64,000 nucleotides of DNA, from positions 1,696,001 to 1,760,000 of the forward strand of contig OZ244650.1 of NCBI GenBank assembly GCA_965218785.1, in the 5' to 3' direction. This DNA comes from Nitrosopumilus sp. (lineage in GTDB: Archaea > Thermoproteota > Nitrososphaeria > Nitrososphaerales > Nitrosopumilaceae). A model generated the notes under the pieces. It was given only the letters and a program-made list of their open reading frames with translations, did no database searches and was not told the origin of the DNA. Positions 62,549 through 64,000 of the stretch are shown piece by piece. Numbering within the stretch: position 1 is the first letter of the stretch; each line of letters opens with the position of its first letter. The position numbers and the translations under genes were made by a program.

Positions 62549-63010
62549 ATTTTCAGTAATCCAAAGAAAATTCCTGATCAGGAACTATCAAAATTAAGAC
62601 TGTTTCAGGATAACACCGTATTCTGGAATGCAATTCATTCTATACGGTAGGTTCATACCTTTGTCAGAAATGATTTTTCATTAATTTTGCAAGTGTTGCA
62701 TATGCAGAAATTATAGACAGGCAAGCCCCCCCCCCCCTCCTCTCCTCACACTGTCTGAAGATCTTCAGAATAATGCTGTAAATGCAATACCTATAATTTA
62801 CAATCATCATCCAAAATTTACGGTCTTATGGATAGATGCCGCTACATCATCATCATCATATCATCATAATCATCGGCAAATACAGGTATTATTACAAAAA
62901 TAAACACCATTGCCAGACTAACAATGATAGACTGTTTTTAGATGTATCATGGGGGTTTTTCTTGAAAATATGTCAAGAATTTCACCACTTTATTCTCTAA
63001 TCTTTTTAGA

Positions 63011-63322
63011 TTATCTTCTGGTAATCCAGACAAGAATTGATAGACCAAATGTTTGAATTACATTAATTGCAAACAAGTAATGAGATATCATGTCAGCTGA
63101 CATCATCAATGCTTTGTCATCTTTGTAAAGCGTGAACCAAAATATTATGATTACAATATTTTGTATCATAAGCAGGGCTGCGACTAGAACCAGACCAGAA
63201 GTGTAATATGACCTAATGACTCTCATGTTCTGAATATATGTTCCAATTGTAACACCAAGCAATCCAATGTTCAGAAAGGCAGCCACTACTGCTGCTAGTA
63301 TAAAGTCTACCATGAGAAACAT
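63011..63322 (-). CDS. small 3-TM membrane protein
   Basis: Follows a wHTH gene, as at 3107. Confidence 0.75.
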   Translation of the reverse strand: MFLMVDFILAAVVAAFLNIGLLGVTIGTYIQNMRVIRSYYTSGLVLVAALLMIQNIVIIIFWFTLYKDDKALMMSADMISHYLFAINVIQTFGLSILVWITRR

Positions 63323-63340
63323 CTCTTTTGAGTGATTAAT

Positions 63341-63733
63341 CTATTTTTTTCCAATTTTTGTCATAATCTCCTCCAACACGCTTTGATTATCTTTCATAAT
63401 CTGTGTTAATTCGTATTCGGCTCCATACTCCTTTTCTTCTTTTACAATCAATTCATTTTTTAACAGAATCTTTACATGGTGAACTATAGTTTTGTGATCT
63501 AGTCCCAATACTGTGGCAATCTTGTTTGCATTCATTGGTGTATCTTTTACCAAATTGAGGATTTTTGCCCTGTTTATGCCTCCTTTTGTGCCTGCAATGA
63601 TAAACCAAAGTATGTTTTTGAATCTGGGATCTACTGCTGATTGGCCATTATCTGTGCCTGAAAATGAGAATATATTCCTCGGAATCATCTCAGGAATTGA
63701 AAAAACCGGTAAAACAATTGTTGTTGTAAACAC
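63341..63733 (-). CDS. ArsR-like winged-helix regulator (true start may be later)
   Basis: LWFIIAGTKGGINR...NKIATVLGLDHKTIVHHVKIL. Confidence 0.82.
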   Translation of the reverse strand: MFTTTIVLPVFSIPEMIPRNIFSFSGTDNGQSAVDPRFKNILWFIIAGTKGGINRAKILNLVKDTPMNANKIATVLGLDHKTIVHHVKILLKNELIVKEEKEYGAEYELTQIMKDNQSVLEEIMTKIGKK

Positions 63734-63786
63734 TGATTTTCCACTAATTGTGTTAGATATAAAAAATTCCTTTTGAGACTATAATT

Positions 63787-64000
63787 TTATTGGGAAGATA
63801 ACTCTGCACTTCCAAACAAAACTCCAGCTAATTTACACCAAATCAAGACTTTGTTGTACTTGTCAAGATCAGTATCTTCTGGAATGTCATAATTTTGATT
63901 TCCGCGGTTTGCTTTTAGCTCTCCCAGATTGACAAAGTCTGATGCTCTGTCATCTGTTGATAAGTAGACAAATAGGTCCGGACCATTGGTAGACAAAAAG
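63787..64000 (-). CDS. DM13 domain protein (3' part; runs off the window)
   Basis: GPDLFVYLS, LGELKANRGNQNY, VLIWCK...FGSA. Confidence 0.85.
   Translation of the reverse strand, partial: FLSTNGPDLFVYLSTDDRASDFVNLGELKANRGNQNYDIPEDTDLDKYNKVLIWCKLAGVLFGSAELSSQ

Overview
Chromosomal window of an ammonia-oxidising archaeon (Nitrosopumilus-like Nitrosopumilaceae, inferred from the 4-hydroxybutyrate-CoA ligase/dehydratase pair of the HP/HB cycle, archaeal ribosomal proteins, aIF5B and archease). Housekeeping DNA at 1-20.4 kb and 52-64 kb flanks a ~31.4 kb integrated element (20494-51853). The element is inserted at the 3' end of tRNA-Leu(TAG), bounded by a 19/20-bp direct repeat, and encodes an intact tyrosine integrase. 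Its cargo is: (i) two paralogous modules, each a NarX/PilJ-like sensor kinase, a receiver and a convergent putative winged-helix regulator, bracketed by outward-facing secreted-protein genes with related promoters/leaders but unrelated mature regions; (ii) a 1913-aa HYR/NHL/Ig surface protein; (iii) two dead IS elements; (iv) most unusually, a ~3.6 kb largely non-coding array (45.16-48.73 kb). In this array six copies of a conserved multi-hairpin element (one of them partial) are each followed by a different, mostly palindrome-containing tandem repeat, usually with a 22-bp or 54/55-bp period. All family assignments come from motif recognition by eye; no database searches were run.
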